Assembly: GCA_041918155.1 (NCBI GenBank)
Contig: JAYRWH010000017.1
Coordinates: forward strand, 12,621-76,620
Direction: 5' to 3'
DNA: 64,000 nt
Source: Ilumatobacteraceae bacterium
Lineage (GTDB): Bacteria > Actinomycetota > Acidimicrobiia > Acidimicrobiales > Ilumatobacteraceae
Shown: one piece after another, positions 20,056 to 28,356 of the stretch
Position numbering within the stretch: the stretch's first letter is position 1
Layout: each line of letters opens with the position of its first letter
Made by a program: the position numbers and the translations under genes
Notes under the pieces: generated by a model
The model's input: only the letters and a program-made list of their open reading frames with translations
Database searches by the model: none
Told to the model about the DNA's origin: nothing

Positions 20056-20700
20056 ATGTACCTCTGCTGGTCCGCCAAGGGCGGCAGCGGCACCACGGTG
20101 GTGGCCGCGTCGCTCGCACTCGTTCTCTCTCATCGCCGGCCGGCGCTGCTGGTCGATCTCGCCGGCGACGTACCGGCCGCGCTCGGCATGTCCGATCCGT
20201 CGGGGCCCGGTGTGGCCGACTGGCTGGCGTCGCCCACGGCCGACGCCGCCGCACTGCACCGCCTGGCCGTGCCCGCCACCGACACTTTGCAGGTGCTACC
20301 CCGGGGCGGTCTTGCGGTGGGCCCGGCGGCCCGCTGGCACGACCTGGCGACGGCGTTGGCTGCGTTCGACGGTGCGGTCGTCGTCGATGCCGGCACCGGG
20401 ATACCCGCTGCTGCGCTCGCCGCCGCGGCAACCCACCGCCTGCTCGTCACCCGCCCGTGCTACCTCGGCCTGCGCCGCGCGGTGGCTGCCGCGGTGCAAC
20501 CCACCGGGGTGGTGCTCGTCACCGAGCCCGGGCGGGCACTCTCGGCCCGTGACGTCGAGCGCGCCCTCGGCGCGCCGGTGGTGGCCGAAGTGCAATACGA
20601 CCCGGCCGTCGCCCGCGCCGTCGATGCCGGCCTGCTCGCCTCGCGCCTGCCGCGCCCGCTCGCGCAACAACTCGCCCAGCCGTTGAAGGAGGCCGCGTGA
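20056..20700 (+). CDS. TadZ/CpaE-like ParA/MinD-superfamily protein with degenerate P-loop (Tad cluster 1)
   Basis: Met23 of ORF 19990..20700. [21 protein letters not shown] carries KGGSGTT where the deviant Walker A is KGGxGK[ST]. It sits directly upstream of and overlaps tadA. Confidence 0.7.
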   Translation: MYLCWSAKGGSGTTVVAASLALVLSHRRPALLVDLAGDVPAALGMSDPSGPGVADWLASPTADAAALHRLAVPATDTLQVLPRGGLAVGPAARWHDLATALAAFDGAVVVDAGTGIPAAALAAAATHRLLVTRPCYLGLRRAVAAAVQPTGVVLVTEPGRALSARDVERALGAPVVAEVQYDPAVARAVDAGLLASRLPRPLAQQLAQPLKEAA

Positions 20701-21698
20701 GCTCTCTCGCGGTCGACCTCGTTGCCGAGCAGTCGCCGCTCGGCGGGCTCGAGCGCTGGCTCGCCGATCCGGCCGTCACCGAGGTCATGGTCAACGGTGG
20801 GCGCGAAGTGTGGGTCGAGCGCGAGGGGCGCATCGAGCGGGTCGGGCACATGCGCACGGGCACCGTATTGGCCACGATCGAGCAGATCCTCTCCCCGATC
20901 GCCCGCCGGGTCGATCGCTCGCGACCGATGGTCGATGCCCGCCTGCCCGACGGGTCGCGGGTGTGCGTGGTGCTGCCACCTGTCGCGGTCGACGGCCCAT
21001 GCCTCGCAATTCGCCGCTTCGCCGCTGCACCAGTACCGCTGGAGGCATTCGCCCCGCCCGCGGTCGTCGCACTGCTGTGCGAGCTCGTGCACCGCCGCTG
21101 CAATGTCGTCGTCAGCGGGGCGACGTCGTCGGGCAAGACCACCCTCCTCAACGCGCTCGCGGCGCACGTCGAGCAGCACGCTCGCATCATCACCCTGGAA
21201 GACATCGCCGAGCTGCGTCTCGGGCACCCCCACGTCGTGCGCCTCGAGACCCGCGACGCGACACCCGATGGCGTCGGCGAGGTGACGCTCGCTGATCTGC
21301 TGCGCGCGGCGCTGCGCCTGCGGCCCGACCGGCTGGTGGTGGGCGAGGTGCGCGGGGCGGAGGCGGTGCAGCTACTGCACGCGCTGAACACCGGCCACGA
21401 CGGTTCGCTCGCAACGGTGCACGCCAACGGGCCGCTCGACGCGCTCGAGCGGCTTGCCGCGCTCGTGGTGCAGGCCGTGAGCAACTGGCCCGCAGCCGCG
21501 GTGCGGCGCCATGTGGAAGGCGCGATCGACGCGGTCGTGCACCTCTCGCGCTCGACCGGAGGCACGCGCGTGGTCAGCGAGGTGGTGGAGGTCGTGCCCA
21601 CCACAGGCGCCGCCAGCGGCTCCGGCACAGGCTTCGAGGTGAGGGTGCTCGCGGGCGACGGCGGCCTCGTCGGCCACCCCTGGCGGTGGCGGCGATGA
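20697..21698 (+). CDS. tadA: TadA/CpaF-family secretion ATPase (short form, cluster 1)
   Basis: GAAGGAGG RBS. Walker [10 protein letters not shown], Walker B/Asp box ITLEDIAEL, His box [12 protein letters not shown]. Confidence 0.9.
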   Translation: MSSLAVDLVAEQSPLGGLERWLADPAVTEVMVNGGREVWVEREGRIERVGHMRTGTVLATIEQILSPIARRVDRSRPMVDARLPDGSRVCVVLPPVAVDGPCLAIRRFAAAPVPLEAFAPPAVVALLCELVHRRCNVVVSGATSSGKTTLLNALAAHVEQHARIITLEDIAELRLGHPHVVRLETRDATPDGVGEVTLADLLRAALRLRPDRLVVGEVRGAEAVQLLHALNTGHDGSLATVHANGPLDALERLAALVVQAVSNWPAAAVRRHVEGAIDAVVHLSRSTGGTRVVSEVVEVVPTTGAASGSGTGFEVRVLAGDGGLVGHPWRWRR

Positions 21699-22276
21699 GT
21701 CCCCTGGCTGCCTGCGCCGTGCTCGCGCTGGCCGCCTGGGCGCACGGTGCCGTCGGCCAGGCGCGTTCCCCAGTGCCACGGCGCGGCCGGGCGCGCCGGC
21801 GGCCCACACCCTCCGCCGGGGAGTGGGCGACGCTGCTCGACCGCATGGCAGCCGAGGTGCGCATCGGCGCGTCGCTCACCACCGCGCTCGACACGGCGCT
21901 CGCCAATGGCACGTTGCCGGTGCCGGGCACGTCAGCCGCACCGCTCGACGACGAGACGTTCGTGGCCCACGCGATCGACACCGCACGCGCGTTGGGCGGG
22001 CCGGCGGCCGCCACGCTCGATGCCGCCGCGGCCCAGCTGCGCGAGCGGGTGGCGCTGCAGGCCGAGGCGCAGGTGCACAGCGCGCAGGCCCGCCTCAGCG
22101 CGAGGGTGCTCACGGCCGTGCCGGTGGTGTTCTGCCTGTGGAACGTGGCCACCAGTCCCACCGTGCGCGCGGCCTGGCTCGGCCCGATCGGCATGGTGTG
22201 TGCCGTCGTCGGCGGTGTCCTGAACCTCACCGGGTGGTGGTGGATGCGCCGGATCGTCGCCCGGGTGGCCCGATGA
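21686..22276 (+). CDS. tadB: TadB-like type II secretion system F-domain membrane protein (cluster 1)
   Basis: 196 aa, with an N-terminal TM, a helical domain and C-terminal TMs. Position and overlaps are typical of tadB. Confidence 0.7.
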   Translation: MAAMSPLAACAVLALAAWAHGAVGQARSPVPRRGRARRRPTPSAGEWATLLDRMAAEVRIGASLTTALDTALANGTLPVPGTSAAPLDDETFVAHAIDTARALGGPAAATLDAAAAQLRERVALQAEAQVHSAQARLSARVLTAVPVVFCLWNVATSPTVRAAWLGPIGMVCAVVGGVLNLTGWWWMRRIVARVAR

Positions 22277-22854
22277 ACGCGCCCGGGCTGCTCGTGCTGA
22301 CCGCGTGTGCCGTGGTGGCCGTTGCGGTGCGGCCGCGGCCGGTGCGGGCGTCGCCGTCGAACCAGCGGCCGGGTGACGCGGTCGGTCATCGTTGGCGTCG
22401 TACCCGGGGCGAGATCGACCGCGCCTACCCGCAGGCCGTGGAGCTGGTGGTGCTCGCCGTCCGCGCCGGCCTCCTCCCGCTCGCCGCCATCCAGGAATCC
22501 GTGCCGCGCCTGCCGGCCGCAGTGCGCACTGCGTTCGCCGAGGTCGTGGCCCGCTGCGCTGCCGGAACCCGCTTTGCCGACGCGCTCAGCGCCCTGCCCG
22601 ATGGGCTCGGCCCGCTCGCCGCGCCACTCGCCGACACGCTGGCCGCGGCCGACCGCTACGGGCTGCCGCTCGCGCCGGTACTCGAGCGCCTCGCCGCTGA
22701 GGCCCGCCTGCACCGCCGTCGCCAGGCCGAGGCCCTCGCCCGTCAGCTCCCGGTGCGCTTGGCCGGGCCGCTCGTGCTGTGCACCCTGCCCGCGTTCGTC
22801 CTGCTCGCCATCGTCCCCTTGCTGCTCGCAGCCCTCTCGTCGCTGAACCGCTGA
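22273..22854 (+). CDS. tadC: TadC-like type II secretion system F-domain membrane protein (cluster 1)
   Basis: Met151 of ORF 21823..22854 ([15 protein letters not shown]...), ATGA overlap with tadB. T2SSF-like helical core with a terminal TM pair. Confidence 0.7.
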   Translation: MNAPGLLVLTACAVVAVAVRPRPVRASPSNQRPGDAVGHRWRRTRGEIDRAYPQAVELVVLAVRAGLLPLAAIQESVPRLPAAVRTAFAEVVARCAAGTRFADALSALPDGLGPLAAPLADTLAAADRYGLPLAPVLERLAAEARLHRRRQAEALARQLPVRLAGPLVLCTLPAFVLLAIVPLLLAALSSLNR

Positions 22855-22888
22855 CCGCGACCTCCCTCAAACCTGCCAAGAGAAGCCG

Positions 22889-23104
22889 GTGCACACCATG
22901 AACAAGCTGTTCCTCCGCCTCACCCACTTCGCCTGGGCCGCCCGCGACGACGATGGCCAGGCCACCACCGAGTACGCCCTCGTCCTGCTCGGCGCCGCGC
23001 TCATCGCATTGCTCGTGGTGGGCTGGGCCACCACGGGCAGCGGCGCCGGTCGCATCGGCGACCTGTTCAATCGGGTGATCGATTCCGTGATGGATCACCT
23101 GTGA
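22889..23104 (+). CDS. flp: Flp-family type IVb prepilin (DUF4244-like)
   Basis: ...ARDDDGQATTEYALVLLGAALIALLVVGW matches the Flp processing motif G/XXXXEY followed by a hydrophobic helix. An alternative start ATG lies at 22898. Confidence 0.8.
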   Translation: MHTMNKLFLRLTHFAWAARDDDGQATTEYALVLLGAALIALLVVGWATTGSGAGRIGDLFNRVIDSVMDHL

Positions 23105-23481
23105 GCCGGCCGAACAGCCCGGATGCCGGCGACCGCGGCCAGGCGACCGTGGAACTCGCGCTGTCACTTCCGTTGCTCTGCGTGTTCCTGTGTGGCCTCG
23201 TGCAGGTGGCGGTGCTCGCCCGCGACCGGGTGGCGGTGCAACTCGCCGCGCGCGAAGCGGCCCGCGCCGCTGCGGTCGCCGCCGATCCACGCGCCGAGGG
23301 CACGCGCGCCGCCGAGCGGGCCACCACCCTGCGACCGTTGTCGGTAACGATCACCGAGGCGTCCGGGCGGGTCACCGCCAGCGTCACCTACACCGATCCC
23401 ACCGACGTGCCACTCGCCGGGGCGCTCCTGCCCGACATCGTGGTCGCGGCTTCCGTCACGATGGCTGTCGAACCGCCGTAG
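23101..23481 (+). CDS. tadE: TadE-like pseudopilin/pilus assembly protein (cluster 1)
   Basis: GTGA overlap with flp. N-terminal DRGQATVELALSLPLLCVFLCGLVQV (TadE motif). Confidence 0.8.
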   Translation: MSRPNSPDAGDRGQATVELALSLPLLCVFLCGLVQVAVLARDRVAVQLAAREAARAAAVAADPRAEGTRAAERATTLRPLSVTITEASGRVTASVTYTDPTDVPLAGALLPDIVVAASVTMAVEPP

Positions 23482-23505
23482 GCGGGCCAGTAGCGTGAGG
23501 GCGTC

Positions 23506-23841
23506 ATGGACCTACTCGGCCGCCTCACCACGCTCGACGACACGCCGATGCTGCACCTCAGCGGCGAGATCGACATCGCCACCCTCCCGACGCTGCGCGA
23601 CCACCTCACCCGGGCCATCCAGCGCCACGCCGGCACCGTGTTGTTCGTCGATCTCGACGGCCTCGACGCGCTCGACGACACGGGCGTGGGCATGCTGCTC
23701 GGCGCCGCCGGCCAGGCACGATCGCTCGGGGGCGACGTGGTGCTGGTGTGCACGAGCGAACGGCTACTCGGACGATTCGCGATCACCGGCCTCGACCGTG
23801 CCCTCACCATCGTGGCGAGCGCCACTTCGGGCCGCCGCTGA
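23506..23841 (+). CDS. STAS-domain anti-sigma-factor antagonist-like protein
   Basis: 111 aa with SpoIIAA/RsbV-like topology. The motif region reads VDLDGLDALDDTGVGMLLG (DDTG where DSSG/DSTG is usual). Confidence 0.8.
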   Translation: MDLLGRLTTLDDTPMLHLSGEIDIATLPTLRDHLTRAIQRHAGTVLFVDLDGLDALDDTGVGMLLGAAGQARSLGGDVVLVCTSERLLGRFAITGLDRALTIVASATSGRR

Positions 23842-23937
23842 AGAAACCTCGCGGAAAAGCGCGAGGCGGTGATCAGCCGCCGCTCTTGATGGGCAACACG
23901 CACCACCCCGGTGCGACCACCCACAAGGAGCCCACCA

Positions 23938-24789
23938 ATGAGCACGAACCTCGTTCGCAGCCTGATCGCCGGTTCGGTCGCTGCGGTCAGTTCCATCACT
24001 TTCTTCGCCGCACCCGCCGCTCACGCGACCAGCGGCATCTGCATCCCCACCATCACCATCAACGGCGACGGCACCATCAGCATGGTGTGGCCCGACTCGT
24101 GCAGCGACACCGGCACCCCGCCCGTGATCAGCATGATCGATCCCGCCGTCATCGCCGGTCTGCCCGAGCTGGCGCTGCCGCCGGTGCTGGGCGATCCGCC
24201 GGTGTGCACCCCCCTCGACCTCAGCAACCTGACGGTGCTCGCCGCCCAGACCAGCCCCGACGACTGGCAGTGGCGCTTCCGTATCGAGGGCGACACCAGC
24301 ACCCTGTGCGACGACGTGATCACCACCGAGATGGTCGACCTCGACGCTGCCACGGGAAGCGTGCAGTCGATCACGCTCTACGACGTGCTCGCCGAGAACG
24401 CTCTCGACAACGACTACATCAGCACCTTCGTCACTCCTTGCCACTACACCACGACCGTCTACTTCGGCGACACCCTCACCCAGCTCGACCAGTACGCCGA
24501 CGTCGAGAAGGAAACGGCCGAGTGCCTGCCGGCCAGCGAAGTACCCGGACTGCCCGACACGCCCGAGACCCCCGACACGCCCGACACGCCCGACACGCCC
24601 GAAGTCACCGTGCCGACCAACCCCGGCGACCAGCCTGAAGTCACCGTGCCGACCAACCCCGGCGACCAGCGCCTGCCCCACACCGGTAGCGACAGCACGA
24701 CCGTCATGGTCGGCCTCGGCCTGCTGGTGCTCGGCGCCGGCCTCGGCTTCACCGCCCTCAGCATGAGCCGCCGCCGCCACGCCGCCTGA
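23938..24789 (+). CDS. LPXTG-anchored cell-wall surface protein
   Basis: AAGGAG RBS 8 nt upstream of ATG 23938. Signal peptide ...FFAAPAAHA. C-terminal sorting signal LPHTG plus a hydrophobic stretch plus RRRH. Pro/Thr/Asp repeats precede the anchor. Confidence 0.85.
   Translation: MSTNLVRSLIAGSVAAVSSITFFAAPAAHATSGICIPTITINGDGTISMVWPDSCSDTGTPPVISMIDPAVIAGLPELALPPVLGDPPVCTPLDLSNLTVLAAQTSPDDWQWRFRIEGDTSTLCDDVITTEMVDLDAATGSVQSITLYDVLAENALDNDYISTFVTPCHYTTTVYFGDTLTQLDQYADVEKETAECLPASEVPGLPDTPETPDTPDTPDTPEVTVPTNPGDQPEVTVPTNPGDQRLPHTGSDSTTVMVGLGLLVLGAGLGFTALSMSRRRHAA
24553..24672 (+). repeat. In-frame tandem repeats inside the LPXTG gene
   Basis: Five 9-nt units CCCGACACG/CCCGAGACC (PDT/PET) at 24553..24597, then two 36-nt units GAAGTCACCGTGCCGACCAACCCCGGCGACCAGC(C/G)(T/C) at 24601..24636 and 24637..24672 (EVTVPTNPGDQ x2). 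Confidence 0.9.
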
Positions 24790-24819
24790 TGCGCTGACGA
24801 CAGATCCCCCAAAGAGCAC

Positions 24820-24850
24820 GGTGGGCGCCCAAACGGGAGGGGCGCCCACC
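24820..24850. terminator. Bidirectional hairpin terminator between the convergent LPXTG gene and rsgA
   Basis: Perfect 11-bp inverted repeat GGTGGGCGCCC-(AAACGGGAG)-GGGCGCCCACC. Confidence 0.6.
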
Positions 24851-24879
24851 GTCGCGTCCGGGATCTGGCGCGTCTGGGG

Positions 24880-25959
24880 TCAGGATCCACGTGGCCGGCG
24901 GGCACCCCGCCGGTCGTAGGTCTTCTCTTTGGCAATCTGCTCGGATTCGATGACGGCCTCCTCGGCGACGAGACGCTTCATCGCTTCCAGCCGCCGCGGA
25001 TCGAGGGTGCCGGCGGCAACCGCCGCACTGACCGCGCAGTCAGGCTCGTCGTCGTGCTTGCAGTCTCGGAAACGGCAATGGTCCATCAGCTCGAACACGT
25101 CGGCGAAGGCCCGCTCGATGCCGCGGCCGCTGCTCCACAGGCTGACAGCACGTACGCCCGGGGTGTCGATCAACCAGCCACCCCCGGCGAGCGGCACCAG
25201 CTCGCAGGCCGTGGTGGTATGGCGGCCGCGCTGGTCGCCCTCGCGCACGTCGGCGGTGGCCATACGCGAGTGGCCGACGAGCGCGTTGACGAGTGTGCTC
25301 TTGCCCACCCCGCTCGCGCCGAGCAGGGCGATCGTGCCCCGCTCGCCGGCGTACGCGCGCAACGGCTCGATGCCCTCGCCGCTGATCCCACTCGCGACGC
25401 ACACATCCACGCCAGGGGCGACATCGCGCAGCGAGGCGACCGCCGAGCTGGCGTCTTCGACGAGGTCGATCTTGGTGAGCACCACTACCGGCACGGCCCC
25501 GCTGTCCCACGCGAGCACCAGCTCGCGCTCGAGGCGACGCTGGTTGGGTGGCGAAGTGAGCGCGTGGATGAGCATCACGTGATCGACGTTCGCCGCGATC
25601 GTGTGCGCCTCCGCCCGTGCACCGGCGAACGAGGCCCGGCGCACGAACGCGCTGTGGCGGAGCAGGACGGTCTGCACGCGGTCGCCCGCGGCATCGATCA
25701 CGACGAAATCGCCCACGGCCACGTCGGCGCCGATGTTGCGCACGCGCGACGGCGTACCACCCACCTCGTGCAACACCGAGCTCCACCCACGGTCGAGGCG
25801 CGACACGCGGCCCACCCCCGAGGGCGAGCCGAGCTCACGCCAGTGCTCCAACGTCTCCTCGGAGAAGCCGAGTCGAAGATCACATACGGGTCCGATCGGG
25901 CCAACGGTAGCGTTGCGAATCGTCAGCGATGCCCCGAATCGCCACAGGAGGATCGTCAT
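24880..25959 (-). CDS. rsgA: Ribosome small-subunit-dependent GTPase A
   Basis: Circularly permuted GTPase motifs VVLTKIDL (G4), GASGVGKSTLVNAL (G1), DTPG (G3), and a C-terminal zinc motif CRFRDCKHDDEPDCAV. Start taken at Met37 of the track ORF. Confidence 0.9.
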   Translation of the reverse strand: MTILLWRFGASLTIRNATVGPIGPVCDLRLGFSEETLEHWRELGSPSGVGRVSRLDRGWSSVLHEVGGTPSRVRNIGADVAVGDFVVIDAAGDRVQTVLLRHSAFVRRASFAGARAEAHTIAANVDHVMLIHALTSPPNQRRLERELVLAWDSGAVPVVVLTKIDLVEDASSAVASLRDVAPGVDVCVASGISGEGIEPLRAYAGERGTIALLGASGVGKSTLVNALVGHSRMATADVREGDQRGRHTTTACELVPLAGGGWLIDTPGVRAVSLWSSGRGIERAFADVFELMDHCRFRDCKHDDEPDCAVSAAVAAGTLDPRRLEAMKRLVAEEAVIESEQIAKEKTYDRRGARRPRGS

Positions 25960-28300
25960 GCTTGCACGTCTCGCTCGATTCGCGTACCGCCACCGGAAGC
26001 TGATGGTCTTCGGCATCTGGCTGCCGCTGCTCCTCGGCGTCAACACGTTGTCGTCCATGATCGGCACCGACTACCGGTCCGAGTTCGAGATGCCGAACAG
26101 CGAATCCAAGCGCGTGCAAGACGCGTTCTCCGCTTCCGGCAACGAGGAGGATGCGGGCTACGCCGCCCAGATCGTGTTCACCGCCTCCCAGGGGGCGAAC
26201 GACCCCGAGGTCGTCACCGCGATGACCGAGATGCTCGCCAACGTCGAGGCGCTCGACACGGTCAAGGTGATCAGCCCCTACTCGCCCGAGGGTGGCCAGC
26301 AGATCAGCACCGCCGACTCGCCGGTGAACACGCTTGGCCAGGACGTGGCCTTCGCCCAGTTGACGGTGCGCCGGCTCGAGCAGGCCGACCTGGTCAAGCT
26401 CGCCGACCAGATCCGCGAGATCGGCGACAAGGTCCAGGTCGATGGACTGCAGATCGAGTACGGCGGTCAGGTGTTCCAGAAGGCAGAACTACCCGCGAGT
26501 GAGTTGCTCGGCCTGCTCGCGGCCATCGTGATCCTGCTGATCGCGTTCGGGTCGGTGATCGCCATGGGCCTCCCAGTCGGCACCGCCGTCGCCGGCCTCG
26601 GCGTGGGCATGGCCCTCGTCGGTCTGCTGTCGCACGGCCTCACGATCCCCGAGTTCGGGCCGCAGATGGCGGCGATGATCGGCCTCGGCGTGGGCATCGA
26701 CTACGCCTTGTTCATCGTCAGCCGGTTCCGCGAGCACCTGGCGATGGGCGAAGATCCCGAGACCGCAATCGTCGCCTCCGTCGACTCGTCGGGTCGCGCC
26801 GTGGTATTCGCCGGCATCACCGTGATCATCTCGCTGCTCGGCTTGCTGTTGATGGGCATCGCCTTCGTGAAGGGCCTCGCCATCTCCAGCGCGATGGGCG
26901 TGCTGGTGATGATGCTGGCGTCGATCACCCTGCTGCCCGCGCTGCTGGCGATGACGGGCACTCGTATCCACACCACCTCGAAGGCCGCGGCCACCGGCGT
27001 GGCGCTGTTCGTGGTCGGCGGCGTCACCGGCGTGGTGCTCGACAAGGTGCTGCTGTTCACCGGGCTCGGGCTGCTGTCCGGCGTGCTGCTGACCCTGGTC
27101 AGCCTGCTGCCGTTCGCCCACGCGCTGCGTGCCCCGATCCCGCACCGCGAGCAGAGGCCCTCGGAGCTGAGGTTCTGGTACCGCTGGAGCCGCTACATCC
27201 AGCACCGTCCGTGGCCGTTCTTCGCCGGTGGCGTGATCCTGCTCGTCACCCTCGCGGTGCCACTGTTCTCCATTCGGCTCGGGTTCGGCGATACCGGCAA
27301 CCAGCCGAAGACCACCACCGAGCGCCGCGCCTACGACCTCGTCGCCGAGGGCTTCGGCCCGGGCAGCAACGGCCCGCTGTACCTGGTGAGCACCGACCCG
27401 ACGCTCACCGCCGAGGGCGCAGCCACGATCGACGCGGCGCTCGCCGCCGAGGCCAACATCGCCACCAGCACCCCCGGCATGGAAGTCGGGCCCGGTCTGT
27501 GGTCGTGGCGGGTGTACCCCGAGACCGCGCCCCAGGACGTCGCTACCACCGAACTGGTGAACCGCTTGCGCGACCACACGCTGCCCGATTCCGGCTTCAA
27601 GGTCGACGTCGGTGGCTTCACCGCGGCGAGCATCGACATGTCGTCGTACTTCGCCGAGCGCCTGCCGTTTCTGATCGGCGCGGTGCTCGTGCTGAGCTTC
27701 CTACTGCTGATGGCGGTGTTCCGCAGTGTGCTCGTGCCGCTGAAAGCCGTCGTGATGAACCTGTTGTCCGTGGGCGCCGCGTACGGCGTGATCGTCGCCG
27801 TGTTCCAATGGGGCTGGGGCCTCAGCCTGCTCGGCATCGACCGCACGGGCCCGATCGAGTCGTGGGCACCGATGATGCTGTTCGCCATCGTGTTCGGATT
27901 GTCGATGGACTACGAGGTGTTCCTGCTGTCGCGCATGAAGGAGGAGTACGACCGCACCGGCGACAACGCCACCGCCGTGGCCGACGGCCTCGCCGTGACG
28001 GCCCGCGTGATCACCGCCGCGGCGATCATCATGGTCTGCGTGTTCAGCGCCTTCGTGCTCGGCGACGAGCGCTCGATCAAGCTGTTCGGCCTCGGCCTCG
28101 CCGTCGCCGTACTGGTGGATGCCACCGTCGTGCGCATGGTGCTCGTGCCCGCCACGATGGAACTGCTCGGTGCCCGCAACTGGTGGATCCCGAAGTGGCT
28201 CGACCGCCTCATCCCCCACCTCAACGTGGAAGGCGCCCACCCCGCGGATGCTGCCGAGCGTGTGCTCGACGAGGTCGCCGCCGAGGCCTCGCCGAGTTGA
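25958..28300 (+). CDS. MMPL-family (RND-superfamily) membrane transporter
   Basis: Met120 of ORF 25601..28300 (MLARLARFAYRHRKLMVFGIWL...). Two blocks of about 6 TM segments, each followed by an extracytoplasmic domain. Confidence 0.88.
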   Translation: MLARLARFAYRHRKLMVFGIWLPLLLGVNTLSSMIGTDYRSEFEMPNSESKRVQDAFSASGNEEDAGYAAQIVFTASQGANDPEVVTAMTEMLANVEALDTVKVISPYSPEGGQQISTADSPVNTLGQDVAFAQLTVRRLEQADLVKLADQIREIGDKVQVDGLQIEYGGQVFQKAELPASELLGLLAAIVILLIAFGSVIAMGLPVGTAVAGLGVGMALVGLLSHGLTIPEFGPQMAAMIGLGVGIDYALFIVSRFREHLAMGEDPETAIVASVDSSGRAVVFAGITVIISLLGLLLMGIAFVKGLAISSAMGVLVMMLASITLLPALLAMTGTRIHTTSKAAATGVALFVVGGVTGVVLDKVLLFTGLGLLSGVLLTLVSLLPFAHALRAPIPHREQRPSELRFWYRWSRYIQHRPWPFFAGGVILLVTLAVPLFSIRLGFGDTGNQPKTTTERRAYDLVAEGFGPGSNGPLYLVSTDPTLTAEGAATIDAALAAEANIATSTPGMEVGPGLWSWRVYPETAPQDVATTELVNRLRDHTLPDSGFKVDVGGFTAASIDMSSYFAERLPFLIGAVLVLSFLLLMAVFRSVLVPLKAVVMNLLSVGAAYGVIVAVFQWGWGLSLLGIDRTGPIESWAPMMLFAIVFGLSMDYEVFLLSRMKEEYDRTGDNATAVADGLAVTARVITAAAIIMVCVFSAFVLGDERSIKLFGLGLAVAVLVDATVVRMVLVPATMELLGARNWWIPKWLDRLIPHLNVEGAHPADAAERVLDEVAAEASPS

Positions 28301-28356
28301 CCAACCGTCCGGTCTCCTTGACAAGTGCGGCCCCTGTCGTCTAGCCCATTGCCGCA

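Noticed and set aside
24553-24672. Possible CRISPR-like or minisatellite array
   Set aside because: The repeats are contiguous with no spacers, in frame, and encode a Pro/Thr stalk of an LPXTG protein. No CRISPR array or cas gene is present anywhere in the window.
28318-28346. topA promoter (TTGACA at 28318..28323)
   Set aside because: The -35 hexamer is perfect, but no acceptable -10 hexamer follows at 16-18 nt (CTAGCC). This is too weak to report.
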